Assembly (NCBI GenBank): GCA_035639235.1
Contig: DASQYL010000229.1
Coordinates: 7 to 64,006 of the forward strand
Direction of reading: 5' to 3'
Length of the DNA stretch: 64,000 nucleotides
DNA from: Pyrinomonadaceae bacterium
GTDB lineage: Bacteria; Acidobacteriota; Blastocatellia; Pyrinomonadales; Pyrinomonadaceae
Numbering within the stretch: position 1 is the first letter of the stretch; each line of letters starts with the position of its first letter. This document shows positions 38,863-47,282 of this stretch, piece after piece. A program made the position numbers and the translations under genes. The notes beneath the pieces are model-generated. The model was not told the origin of the DNA. It did no database searches and saw only the letters and a program-made list of their open reading frames with translations.

Positions 38863-39341
38863 GTAAGAGTGAAGTTCTTTTTTCTCTCGCTCAGGCTTTG
38901 GCAGGTGAGCGACCGACTTTGTTTCAAGTTAAGGGTCCTGGTGTCGGAGATCATGATACTGGGAGTTTCATCCGAGAGTTAAGAAATCGCGCGCTAGAGG
39001 CTTTTGGTATGGACTTCGCCGAAAAGAACATATGCGGCGAGAACAATCTGCGCGTCGACTATCATTTTCCAGACGAAGAAACCATTGTTGAGGTTGCTTT
39101 CGGCCTACGCAACCCGCTCAGTGAATACGAACGCGATATATTGAAAGCAATCATATCCAGAGAATGTGGATATGCCGTCAGCCGTTTATTGTTCATCAGC
39201 AAGCCGGGAGCACAAAAAAGGCTTTCACAACCAGGAGCCAGCGCGATTAACAGATGGGCGGCACAGCAGGGAATTACGATCGAGGTTCGCGAGCTTTCCT
39301 CAAATAGCCAAACGTTTTACCCACAGCGCGACGAACGTTAG
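38859..39341 (+). CDS. hypothetical protein (160 aa)
   Basis: ORF whose ATG overlaps the peptidase stop (ATGA). No family recognised. VDYHFPDEETIVEVAFG...EYERDILK is vaguely PD-(D/E)xK-like. Confidence 0.5.
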   Translation: MSKSEVLFSLAQALAGERPTLFQVKGPGVGDHDTGSFIRELRNRALEAFGMDFAEKNICGENNLRVDYHFPDEETIVEVAFGLRNPLSEYERDILKAIISRECGYAVSRLLFISKPGAQKRLSQPGASAINRWAAQQGITIEVRELSSNSQTFYPQRDER

Positions 39342-39352
39342 AATGTAATCGT

Positions 39353-39538
39353 ATGACCAGCAAAGAGATTGTCGAAGACTTGCTCCAACGAATTCCCGAA
39401 GGCGCTTCGCTGCACGATATCGCCCGCGAGATTGAATTCATCGCGGCTGTGCGTCAAGGAATAGACGAACTGGACCGCGGCGAGTCCATTTCTCTTGAAG
39501 AGGTCGAACGCGAACTCCCATCATGGATTATCAGGTAA
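39353..39538 (+). CDS. type II antitoxin (small ParD/RelB-partner type) of the downstream ParE-like gene
   Basis: 61 aa. The LQRIPEGASLHDIAREIEF...GIDELDRGESISLEEVE pattern is common in antitoxins preceding RelE/ParE toxins. It overlaps the toxin start by 16 nt. Confidence 0.65.
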   Translation: MTSKEIVEDLLQRIPEGASLHDIAREIEFIAAVRQGIDELDRGESISLEEVERELPSWIIR

Positions 39539-39825
39539 TCCTTTCAGACTCCGCACGCACTGATCTCCGAGACATCGTCCGCTACATTTCGCTTGATAAT
39601 CCAGACGCCGCAGTTCGATTCGGTTAGTTTTTGATTTCGCGGACCAGATTGCTAGTCCGATCGCCTGAGCTTGGCAGGATGGTGCCGGAGTTTGAAGATC
39701 CGCTGATTCGAGAAATTATTGTTCGCTCTTATCGGGTTGTATACCGGCTGAACCACGCGGAAAGGACTGTGGAAGTGATTCGCTTTTGGCATTCGGCCCG
39801 TGATGTGCCGCAAATCGATATCTGA
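39523..39825 (+). pseudogene. parE: ParE/RelE-family toxin with in-frame TAG at 39625..39627
   Basis: MDYQVILSDSARTDLRDIVRYISLDNPDAAVRFG, then a stop, then FLISRTRLLVRSPELGRMVPEFEDPLIREIIVRSYRVVYRLNHAERTVEVIRFWHSARD, all in one frame. Confidence 0.75.
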
Positions 39826-39834
39826 GATAGTCAA

Positions 39835-40299
39835 TCACCCAGGCACACCAAAAATCTTCGGCACTAAATCGGGCGGAAAATTGAATTTCAATTCACGCTG
39901 CGGAAATTGATCGAGCTGCTGATCGGTCAATTCCACCCTGAAGTGCATTTCAATTTCGCCGGTGCACCGGGCATTGACGCTGGCGTCGATCTTCGCATGC
40001 AGGCCGTCTTCCTTGAGTGAGAGTATCGCGGCTTTCTCATCGACGATCTGCGCGCCGTAAGCGGCATCGATCATCGTGGTGTTGGAAACTGTCGCGACGA
40101 TGCCTCGGTCGGTGATCGCCAAGGCTCCGGAGAATTTTCCGGTCGCACTGCCGCTGAATCCTGGCGCGGTCCCTCTGCGGCGAATCGTTACCGCGATGCC
40201 TTCATCAAAAAATAGAATTTGCTCCCGACTAAGCTGATCCCGCACAGACTCGGGCACGGCGCCCACCTTGAACAAACGATAGCGCAGCGTCTTTGACAT
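39835..40299 (-). CDS. hypothetical protein, paralogue A of 40867..41283
   Basis: Shares M.KT..YRLF.VG..P ... DEGIA ... F.GA.A.T with paralogue B. Confidence 0.6.
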   Translation of the reverse strand: MSKTLRYRLFKVGAVPESVRDQLSREQILFFDEGIAVTIRRRGTAPGFSGSATGKFSGALAITDRGIVATVSNTTMIDAAYGAQIVDEKAAILSLKEDGLHAKIDASVNARCTGEIEMHFRVELTDQQLDQFPQRELKFNFPPDLVPKIFGVPG

Positions 40300-40445
40300 G
40301 GCGCAAAACTATAGCGCGAGCAATCCTCAAAAACGAGTGCCGACGACGAGCGCGAAACGAACAGTCTTCTACCGACACCCGAGATATTTGAATCTCTGGC
40401 GGCTCACTACCCGATTCAGTGCTGCGATTAGTCAGGCGGCCGAAC

Positions 40446-40679
40446 TTACTTCTTAGTTCTGGAAGAACCGCTGCAAGCCAGAATGCATCTTTGCAATCGG
40501 TTCATGCACTTCTGCGCAGGCACGCCGCTCTTGAGGCAGGCCTGATAATTGGTGACGCAGGCTATTATGCATCGCAGATTAGGAGGCGGAAACGTAGCTT
40601 TGGTGGCCGACTTTTTCGCCGACTTCTTCGCGGACTTCTTTGAACCTTTCTTTGCAGACGCTGAACGTTTAGTTGCCAT
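40446..40679 (-). CDS. 77-aa Lys-rich miniprotein with symmetric twin-CX3C motif
   Basis: N-terminal KKGSKKSAKKSAKKSATKA, then C-X3-C-X6-C-X9-C-X6-C-X3-C. No signal peptide. Confidence 0.5.
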   Translation of the reverse strand: MATKRSASAKKGSKKSAKKSAKKSATKATFPPPNLRCIIACVTNYQACLKSGVPAQKCMNRLQRCILACSGSSRTKK

Positions 40680-40866
40680 CTTGTTGACTCCTTAGCGTAG
40701 AGTGTGCGAGATAGTAATAGACAGAGCTCAGGACATTGACAGAAACTTGCTACTTCCAGAAAGCTCTTTCATTCCTGGCAATGCCCCCTTGTAAACGCGA
40801 GCGATGCCGACAATATTCCGTTCCGGCTTATTCGTCAATAGATTTAATTTGGCGATCATCGATTAG

Positions 40867-41283
40867 ATGGCTAAAACTTTTCTGTATCGTTTGTTCGGCG
40901 TCGGCAAAATGCCGCCGCAGTGGCGCGCCACGATTGAATCAGAAGGCGTCGTATTAATGGACGAGGGCATTGCGGGCTCGCTCACCTATCGCGATTTTCG
41001 CTCGTCGGGAAAACGATTCGGCTGGCGCAAGGTTGCGTTCACCGGCGCGATCGCTTTGACCAGAAGTCGGCTGCTCGCGCTGCAATATGCGAATCCGGCG
41101 ATCAATGTTCCGTTTAGCGACGAGCGATTCAAGCAACTGCGAATCTCGGTCGAGGGCGAGGAGACTCTGGTCGTCGCATTCGACCCCAGTCTCTTTCACA
41201 ACGATTGGTCAGGCACGATGGAATATCGATTTCACACATCGGAAGCCAAAGCCTTCCAGAAAGCGTTGAGCGATCCTCAATGA
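40867..41283 (+). CDS. hypothetical protein, paralogue B of 39835..40299
   Basis: See paralogue A. 138 aa. Confidence 0.6.
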   Translation: MAKTFLYRLFGVGKMPPQWRATIESEGVVLMDEGIAGSLTYRDFRSSGKRFGWRKVAFTGAIALTRSRLLALQYANPAINVPFSDERFKQLRISVEGEETLVVAFDPSLFHNDWSGTMEYRFHTSEAKAFQKALSDPQ

Positions 41284-41484
41284 GAATGGTTTGCGTCAAA
41301 AGTATTTGCTTAAGGATGCAAACGCTGTTGGCCTCATTAACACTTGGCCTTAGCCAGGTGCGAAGACGCTGGAATTTCAAAGGAAACCGTTTTAAACGGT
41401 TTCCCAACGTCGCCGCTTCCCGATTCCCGGCCAAAGCCGGGTGTGAATAAGAAGACCGAAGGAACTTTTGAGGCATCAAAACCA

Positions 41485-41907
41485 ATGAGAACACTAATCA
41501 TTCATTTAGTGATCGTGATTTCACTGGCAGCGTGTGGCGAAGCGCATGCTCAAGCAACGTCGCTTGCCGGCGATTGGAGCGGTGAATCGCTTTGCTTCGG
41601 CGACAACCCAAGCTGTCACGACGAGAAAGTTGTCTATCACATCTCCGTCGATCCGGCGGACTCAACGAGGGTAAAGATCGCTGCCGACAAAATCGTCGAC
41701 GGTAAACCGGTGCCGATGGGGGACGTTTATCTGAAATACGACACCGCCAAACAGACCCTGACGGGAAAGTTGGAAACTGCGAGGTTTCAGGGTGTCTGGG
41801 AATTCTCCGTCAGAGGAAACGTAATCCAAGGCAGTTTGAGCATTCTTCCCGACAAAGCGATGGGGCGAAAAATCCGGGTGCAGAAAAACGAATCGATCAA
41901 GAAATAA
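41485..41907 (+). CDS. hypothetical secreted protein
   Basis: Signal peptide MRTLIIHLVIVISLAACGEAHA after internal ATG 41485. The upstream part of the tracked ORF runs through a repeat region. Confidence 0.55.
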   Translation: MRTLIIHLVIVISLAACGEAHAQATSLAGDWSGESLCFGDNPSCHDEKVVYHISVDPADSTRVKIAADKIVDGKPVPMGDVYLKYDTAKQTLTGKLETARFQGVWEFSVRGNVIQGSLSILPDKAMGRKIRVQKNESIKK

Positions 41908-42429
41908 TCAAGGCCGGCCCAGAGACTGTTCTGCTTGCCGCAAGTATTTGTGTGCCTGGCGCCAGTGGATCGCGACCGTGTAAGGAATTGTCGCGCGAAG
42001 TGCCGCATCAGCCGCTGTTGGTTCGCGCGCGGTGTAGCTGAGCGCCGCCACGTTCACGACGTGCGGATCATCAACTTGTCGCCACCAAAACAGCCCATCG
42101 CGATAAGAATCCATAGCATTGGTTAACTGATTCTTGAGTTTTCCCGCGGGCAATTTGTTGAGCACCGGCATCACCTCCGCAGAGACTTCGGACAGATGCT
42201 GCTCAAAAACGGCAACGGGCACGCGCGCGAGTCGGCCGGCTTTTTCGAAATCGCCGATCGAGCGATAGACGATTACATCGTTGTCGAGCCGGTCAAGGGC
42301 CGCAACGGCGCGCGCAGTTGCGTCGGTAACCTCGGTGGGCGGGCCGGCCTTAAACGATGATTGCCCGAATGTCGTCGACGCGAAGAAGAGCAACGCCGCT
42401 GAAGAAAAAATTGTCAGGCGATTGATCAT
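41908..42429 (-). CDS. hypothetical secreted protein
   Basis: Signal peptide MINRLTIFSSAALLFFASTTFGQ at internal ATG 42429. Confidence 0.55.
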   Translation of the reverse strand: MINRLTIFSSAALLFFASTTFGQSSFKAGPPTEVTDATARAVAALDRLDNDVIVYRSIGDFEKAGRLARVPVAVFEQHLSEVSAEVMPVLNKLPAGKLKNQLTNAMDSYRDGLFWWRQVDDPHVVNVAALSYTAREPTAADAALRATIPYTVAIHWRQAHKYLRQAEQSLGRP

Positions 42430-42681
42430 TTGGTTTTCTGCCCTCACCCTCGATGCGAGATGGCAATGAGTGTGCCTGCTTTCAAGTCCCATAACTTCGT
42501 GATGACACAGCGCGGCCTTGCCTCGTTTGCCCCGGCAGATCGGAGCAGACGGGACGGCTGCCACATCAGCCGCGTCCCTTATGCGAGTGCGCGGCCGGTT
42601 AGATGTCGCATCAGTATTGCAAGGTGTAGAAACTCGCAATATCATGCGCCTTCCCGAGCCTGATCATGTGGAGGAGAACTA

Positions 42682-43197
42682 ATGAACCGTCCCGGAGAAA
42701 CCGAATACGCGCCTTACTATCAAAGCTATGTCGATCAAGTCAGCGAAACAGATATTATGAGCGTGCTGCGATCCGAGCTTGACGATCTCGATGTGTTGCT
42801 GGGCCGCGTGGCGGCGGAGAAAGAGACTTACTCGTACGCGGACGGCAAATGGACTATCCGCGAAATCGTCGGTCATTTGATCGACGGCGAGCGCGTCTTT
42901 GGTTATCGCGCATTCTGCATCGCGCGCGGCGAACAACAGAACCTGCCGGGATTTGAGCAGGACGATTACCTGCGGACGGCGCCTTACAACAATATCGACC
43001 TGGAGGATTTATTGAGCGAGATGCGTCTGGTGCGGCTGTCGAACATCGCGATGTTTCGCACGCTCGATGAAGAATCTTGGAGCCGCACCGGGCTCGCCAA
43101 CAACAACGAGGTCAGTGTGCGGGCGATTGCTTTCATCATGGCCGGGCACGTGCGGCATCACATGAACGTGTTGCGTGAACGGTATTTGCCGAATTGA
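42682..43197 (+). CDS. DinB family protein
   Basis: WTIREIVGHLIDGERVFGYRA ... MAGHVRHH: the typical DinB_2 His triad context. Confidence 0.8.
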   Translation: MNRPGETEYAPYYQSYVDQVSETDIMSVLRSELDDLDVLLGRVAAEKETYSYADGKWTIREIVGHLIDGERVFGYRAFCIARGEQQNLPGFEQDDYLRTAPYNNIDLEDLLSEMRLVRLSNIAMFRTLDEESWSRTGLANNNEVSVRAIAFIMAGHVRHHMNVLRERYLPN

Positions 43198-43204
43198 AAT
43201 TCAG

Positions 43205-43295
43205 CCACGGATGAACACAGATAAGCACAGATCAAGACAAAGGGATTTACCGACAATCCTTGGTTGTTTTTTATCTGTGTCAATCCGTATTCATC
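43205..43295. repeat. inverted-repeat element (ccac.gat..acacagataag family), left of the M20 gene
   Basis: cagccacggatgaacacagataagcacagatc ... ttatctgtgtcaatccgtattcatc. Homologous to 44832..44969. Confidence 0.7.
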
Positions 43296-44833
43296 TTCGG
43301 CTGATTTCGATCTTGTTGTTCTCGACGGTCGTGGCCGGGCAATCCGTTCGCGATTATCGCCGCGCTCACGAACGGCAGATCCTCGATGAGTTCACGCGTT
43401 TGCTCGCAATCCCAAACGTCGCCTCTGACAAACAAAACATTCGCCGTAACGCGCAATTCATTCTTGAGATGATGCAGCGACGCGGGTTGAATCCGCAGTT
43501 GCTCGAAGCGAAATCGAAAGATACTCCACCCGCGGTTTACGGCGAATGGAACGTCGGCGCGACGCGCTCGATTATTTTTTACGCGCATTACGATGGGCAG
43601 CCGGTCGATCCTAAGGCGTGGACTGCTTCGCCGCCATTTCAGCCCACCCTGCGATCGGGGCGATTCGATCAAGGCGGTCAAATTATATTGCTTTGGCCTG
43701 AGAGTAGGGAGATCAATCCGGAATGGCGCATCTACGCGCGCGGAGCTGCGGACGACAAAGACGGCGTGATGGGAATCCTCACAGCCTATGATGCCTTGGA
43801 AGCGCTCAGTCATGCGCTGAACGACACGGTTCCAAAGATGCCCCTGACACCGTCATTCAATATCAAATTCCTGTTTGAAGGCGAAGAGGAAGCCGGCTCG
43901 CCGCATCTCGGCGAAATCATCGATCTGCACAAAGACCTTTTGCAATCCGACGCCTGGATCATTTGCGATGGGCCGGTGCATCAATCGGGGCGCAAGGAAG
44001 TTGTCTTCGGCGCGCGTGGCGATCAGAATGTCGATGTGACCGTCTATGGACCAAAGCGGCCGTTGCACAGCGGGCACTACGGCAACTGGGCGCCGAACCC
44101 GGCAATGACTCTCGCGCGTTTGCTGGCGACGATGAAAGATGAGACGGGCCGCGTGACGATCGCCGGTTGGTATGACGGCGTTGAGCCGCTCGGCGATGTG
44201 GAGCGACGCGCGATTGCCGAAGCGCCGGCATACGACGATCAAATTCGGGCGGAACTCGGCCTGGCGCGTACCGCGAACAACGGCAAGCTTTTGATGGAAG
44301 TAATCAATCAGCCATCGCTCAACATCAATGGCATCAGCAGTGGCGACGTAGGCGCGCTGGCGCGCAACGTCATTCCGACAACGGCGACAACGGTGCTCGA
44401 TCTGCGGCTGGTTAAGGGTAACGACTATCGAAAGCAGACTCAGAATTTGATCGAACACATTCGCAACCAGGGATTCTACGTCATCGATCACGATCCGTCT
44501 GACGATGAAAGAAAGGGCCACGCATTGATCGCCAAGGTCAATGCCCGCGCCGGCGGTTACAACGCAGAACGCACGCGGATGGATTTGCCAATCTCGATCG
44601 CCGTTATCAAAGCGGTGCAATCAACGTCCGAAGATCCGATCGTCAAGTTGCCCACCTCGGGCGGCAGTCTGCCTTTATCGATCATCACGGATCATTTGCG
44701 CACTGTTACAATCAGCGTGCCGATTGCGAATTATGACAACAACCAGCACGCCGAGAACGAGAACTTACGTCTGCAGAATCTTTGGGACGGAATTGAGACG
44801 TTAGCGGCCGTGATGATGATGAAGGTGAATTAG
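43211..44833 (+). CDS. M20 family metallopeptidase (dipeptidase-like)
   Basis: IIFYAHYDGQPVD, ARGAADDKDG and FEGEEEAGSP motifs. The start is uncertain because the 5' end runs through the repeat element. Confidence 0.88.
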   Translation: MNTDKHRSRQRDLPTILGCFLSVSIRIHLRLISILLFSTVVAGQSVRDYRRAHERQILDEFTRLLAIPNVASDKQNIRRNAQFILEMMQRRGLNPQLLEAKSKDTPPAVYGEWNVGATRSIIFYAHYDGQPVDPKAWTASPPFQPTLRSGRFDQGGQIILLWPESREINPEWRIYARGAADDKDGVMGILTAYDALEALSHALNDTVPKMPLTPSFNIKFLFEGEEEAGSPHLGEIIDLHKDLLQSDAWIICDGPVHQSGRKEVVFGARGDQNVDVTVYGPKRPLHSGHYGNWAPNPAMTLARLLATMKDETGRVTIAGWYDGVEPLGDVERRAIAEAPAYDDQIRAELGLARTANNGKLLMEVINQPSLNINGISSGDVGALARNVIPTTATTVLDLRLVKGNDYRKQTQNLIEHIRNQGFYVIDHDPSDDERKGHALIAKVNARAGGYNAERTRMDLPISIAVIKAVQSTSEDPIVKLPTSGGSLPLSIITDHLRTVTISVPIANYDNNQHAENENLRLQNLWDGIETLAAVMMMKVN

Positions 44834-44969
44834 CCACAGATTTACACGGATAAGATCAAAAAATTCTTCTAGACCGAAAAATAAACTGAAAAGGAACCAC
44901 CAAAAATGACCCGACGACAACACCGCATTAAAGTTCTTCATCTGTGTAAATCTGTGCTCATCTGTGGCT
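44832..44969. repeat. inverted-repeat element, right of the M20 gene
   Basis: agccacagatttacacggataagatc ... cttcatctgtgtaaatctgtgctcatctgtggct. The termini gccacagat / atctgtggc pair. Confidence 0.7.
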
Positions 44970-45346
44970 GCTCCCTCTTTTTGACAGCGGCGACCACCCC
45001 CATTTTCGCGCAGCACGGCGGCAAGGCCGAACCCAACCGGATCGAATTCAAGCGCGGTACGACCAGCACCACCGTCAGCGGCAGCGTGCGCAACGATGAA
45101 GAATACGAATACGTGCTCGGCGCGAAGAAGGGACAGCGCCTCACGATCAAGATCACTTCGATGCCGGTGAAGTCGTCCGTTTTTCAATTGCTCGGCGAAA
45201 ATCAGGACACGCTCGGTCTCGAGCACGACGCGAACTTCGATATCTCGATCGTGCTGCCGAAGGACGGTGATTACTTCATCAATGTAACCCGGCCGACGAT
45301 GACGAAAGGCACATCGAGATTTACCTTGGCGATTTCAATCAAGTAG
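44906..45346 (+). CDS. hypothetical secreted protein
   Basis: The ORF has a hydrophobic N-terminus partly encoded by the repeat arm. The start is uncertain. Confidence 0.5.
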   Translation: MTRRQHRIKVLHLCKSVLICGCSLFLTAATTPIFAQHGGKAEPNRIEFKRGTTSTTVSGSVRNDEEYEYVLGAKKGQRLTIKITSMPVKSSVFQLLGENQDTLGLEHDANFDISIVLPKDGDYFINVTRPTMTKGTSRFTLAISIK

Positions 45347-45360
45347 AGACATTTCCAAAA

Positions 45361-45915
45361 ATGGCTAAACGAAAAATTATTGTCATGATCGCTACCAGCG
45401 CCGATGGTTTCATCGCGCGCAAAGATGGCGCCGTCGATTGGCTTAATCGGCCGCGGCCCAAAGGCAACTACGGCATGGCTGCGTTCTGGAAGTCGATCGA
45501 CACGATCGTGATGGGCCGGAAAACTTATGACATGGCTGCGAAGTTCATAAAGGAAGGCAAAGCTACGCCGGGAATGTCCCGAGGGATTAAGCACCATGTG
45601 TTCTCGCGCAAGCCGCGCCAGACGGCGTTCGAGGGCTTTGAATTCGTTAACGAACCGATCAAGAAGTTCGCCGGAGCGCTGCGCAAACAAAAAGGCAAGA
45701 ATATTTTCATGCTGGGCGGCGCCGGCATCATCGGATCCTTCCTCGATGAAGACGAGATCGACGAATTCATTATCAACGTGATCCCTGTTTTCATCGGTGA
45801 AGGTATTCCACTAATTGCCGCGAAGCGGCGCACGGCGCCGCTGCGGTTGATTTCGACGAAAAAGTTTTCCGACGGCGTGGTGCAATTGCATTACGAAGTC
45901 ATGCGAGGAAAATGA
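45361..45915 (+). CDS. dihydrofolate reductase-family (RibD C-terminal domain) protein
   Basis: IIVMIATSADGFIARKDGAVDWL ... IVMGRKTYD ... LGGAGIIGSFL. Confidence 0.8.
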   Translation: MAKRKIIVMIATSADGFIARKDGAVDWLNRPRPKGNYGMAAFWKSIDTIVMGRKTYDMAAKFIKEGKATPGMSRGIKHHVFSRKPRQTAFEGFEFVNEPIKKFAGALRKQKGKNIFMLGGAGIIGSFLDEDEIDEFIINVIPVFIGEGIPLIAAKRRTAPLRLISTKKFSDGVVQLHYEVMRGK

Positions 45916-46763
45916 AAATCAGAACGACACCGATCGCATTATTCGCGGCTTTGCTGTGTTGCGGTTATGCGCATTCGACGGCAGCGCAAACAAAGACGAC
46001 GTATGAAGTGTACGCCTTGAGCTACGGCGTTTATCCCAACTTTCCCGTCTCAGGTTTGCTGGCCGGCGCGGACAAGACACGCCGTGTCGATTTGCAGATG
46101 ATGATTTGGTTGGTGCGCGGCGGCGGCAAGAACATTCTCGTGGATACCGGTTGTTATCACGATAACGTGGTCAGGGGAAAAGGTGTTCAGAACTTGATCA
46201 AAGCCTCCGATGCAATCGCCAAGCTTGGTTTGAAACCACCGGATATTACCGACGTGATCATTACGTACATGCATTGGGACCACGCCGATGGCGTGGATTT
46301 GTTTCCCAACGCGCGCGTTTGGATCCAGAAAGACGAATACGGTTATTACACCGGCGCGGCCTGGCGCGCAGGCGGCAAGCACGGCGGCATCGAGCCGGAC
46401 GATGTGCTGATGCTGGTGAAATTGAACATCGACGGCAAAGTGAATCTCGTCGATGGCGATAACGTCGAGATCATCGATGGCATAAAGGTCTACACCGGTG
46501 GCCGCCACACGTATGCATCGCAATATGTGAGCGCTAACACAGCCAGCGGCACGATCGTAATTGCCTCAGACAACATGTACCTTTACGAGAATCTCGAAAA
46601 GCACGCGCCGATCGCGCAGACCTTCGACGCTGATTCAAATCTCAAGGCCCAGGATCGCATGAAACAGATAGCGTCGCGACCGGACTTGATCGTACCGGGA
46701 CACGATCCATTGGTCTTCGTGAAGTTTCCGAAACCGGGAAATGGTGTGGCGAAGATTGAGTAG
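45912..46763 (+). CDS. secreted MBL-fold metallo-hydrolase (N-acyl homoserine lactonase-like)
   Basis: Signal peptide. HMHWDHADG (HxHxDH). C-terminal PGHD. Confidence 0.8.
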   Translation: MKIRTTPIALFAALLCCGYAHSTAAQTKTTYEVYALSYGVYPNFPVSGLLAGADKTRRVDLQMMIWLVRGGGKNILVDTGCYHDNVVRGKGVQNLIKASDAIAKLGLKPPDITDVIITYMHWDHADGVDLFPNARVWIQKDEYGYYTGAAWRAGGKHGGIEPDDVLMLVKLNIDGKVNLVDGDNVEIIDGIKVYTGGRHTYASQYVSANTASGTIVIASDNMYLYENLEKHAPIAQTFDADSNLKAQDRMKQIASRPDLIVPGHDPLVFVKFPKPGNGVAKIE

Positions 46764-46900
46764 GGTCAGAAGCCCGACCGCCAGGAAGGTCAAGTGAAGG
46801 TGCGCGGCGCTCATGACCATAAAGTCTCAAGATTAAGTTGTCAGATAGTGACAAGAGCATCAACAGGCGCTAAGATCGCGCCAAGATTTAGGAGGTAGCT

Positions 46901-47059
46901 ATGGCTAAGTCGAGGCGTCATCGAGTGACATTCAAAGCCACCAAAACCGTAAAGAAACCAACGGAAGTAAAATTCAAAACGAAAGACGGCGAAGTGGTCG
47001 ATTTTAAAGCGAAGAAACCTGTAAAGAAGCGAGTCAAGGTTAGCTTTCTGGCGAAATAA
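46901..47059 (+). CDS. 52-aa lysine-rich small protein with internal repeat
   Basis: AGGAGG RBS 6 nt upstream. MAKSRRHRVTFKATKTVKKPTEVKFKTKDGEVVDFKAKKPVKKRVKVSFLAK. The KKP..VKF / KKPVKKRVKVSF motif is duplicated. Confidence 0.5.
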   Translation: MAKSRRHRVTFKATKTVKKPTEVKFKTKDGEVVDFKAKKPVKKRVKVSFLAK

Positions 47060-47067
47060 ACTTCTTT

Positions 47068-47213
47068 GTCCCGTAGGGACGAAATATTTATAGAACCAAC
47101 CCGAGCCCCAATCACCTGAGCCCGTTTACGGGCGACATAACATGCCGCTCCTACGGAGCTCCAAACAATTATTTATCAGCCGGTTTCTATGAACATTCGG
47201 CCGCTACGCGGCC
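47068..47213. repeat. MITE-like element, family copy 2
   Basis: Hairpin gtcc-cgtag-ggac followed by gaaatatttatagaa ... ttctatgaacattc followed by hairpin ggccgc-tac-gcggcc. Confidence 0.7.
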
Positions 47214-47282
47214 CGGCGTTTGTCACGCGAAACTTGTCACTGTCTCGGTTATTGGTGCAGTTGTGGCAGACGATCTCAAACT

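Noticed and set aside
43853-44620. A 255-aa ORF antisense to the M20 peptidase.
   Set aside because: It is a shadow ORF, and the M20 metal-binding motifs lie on the plus strand.
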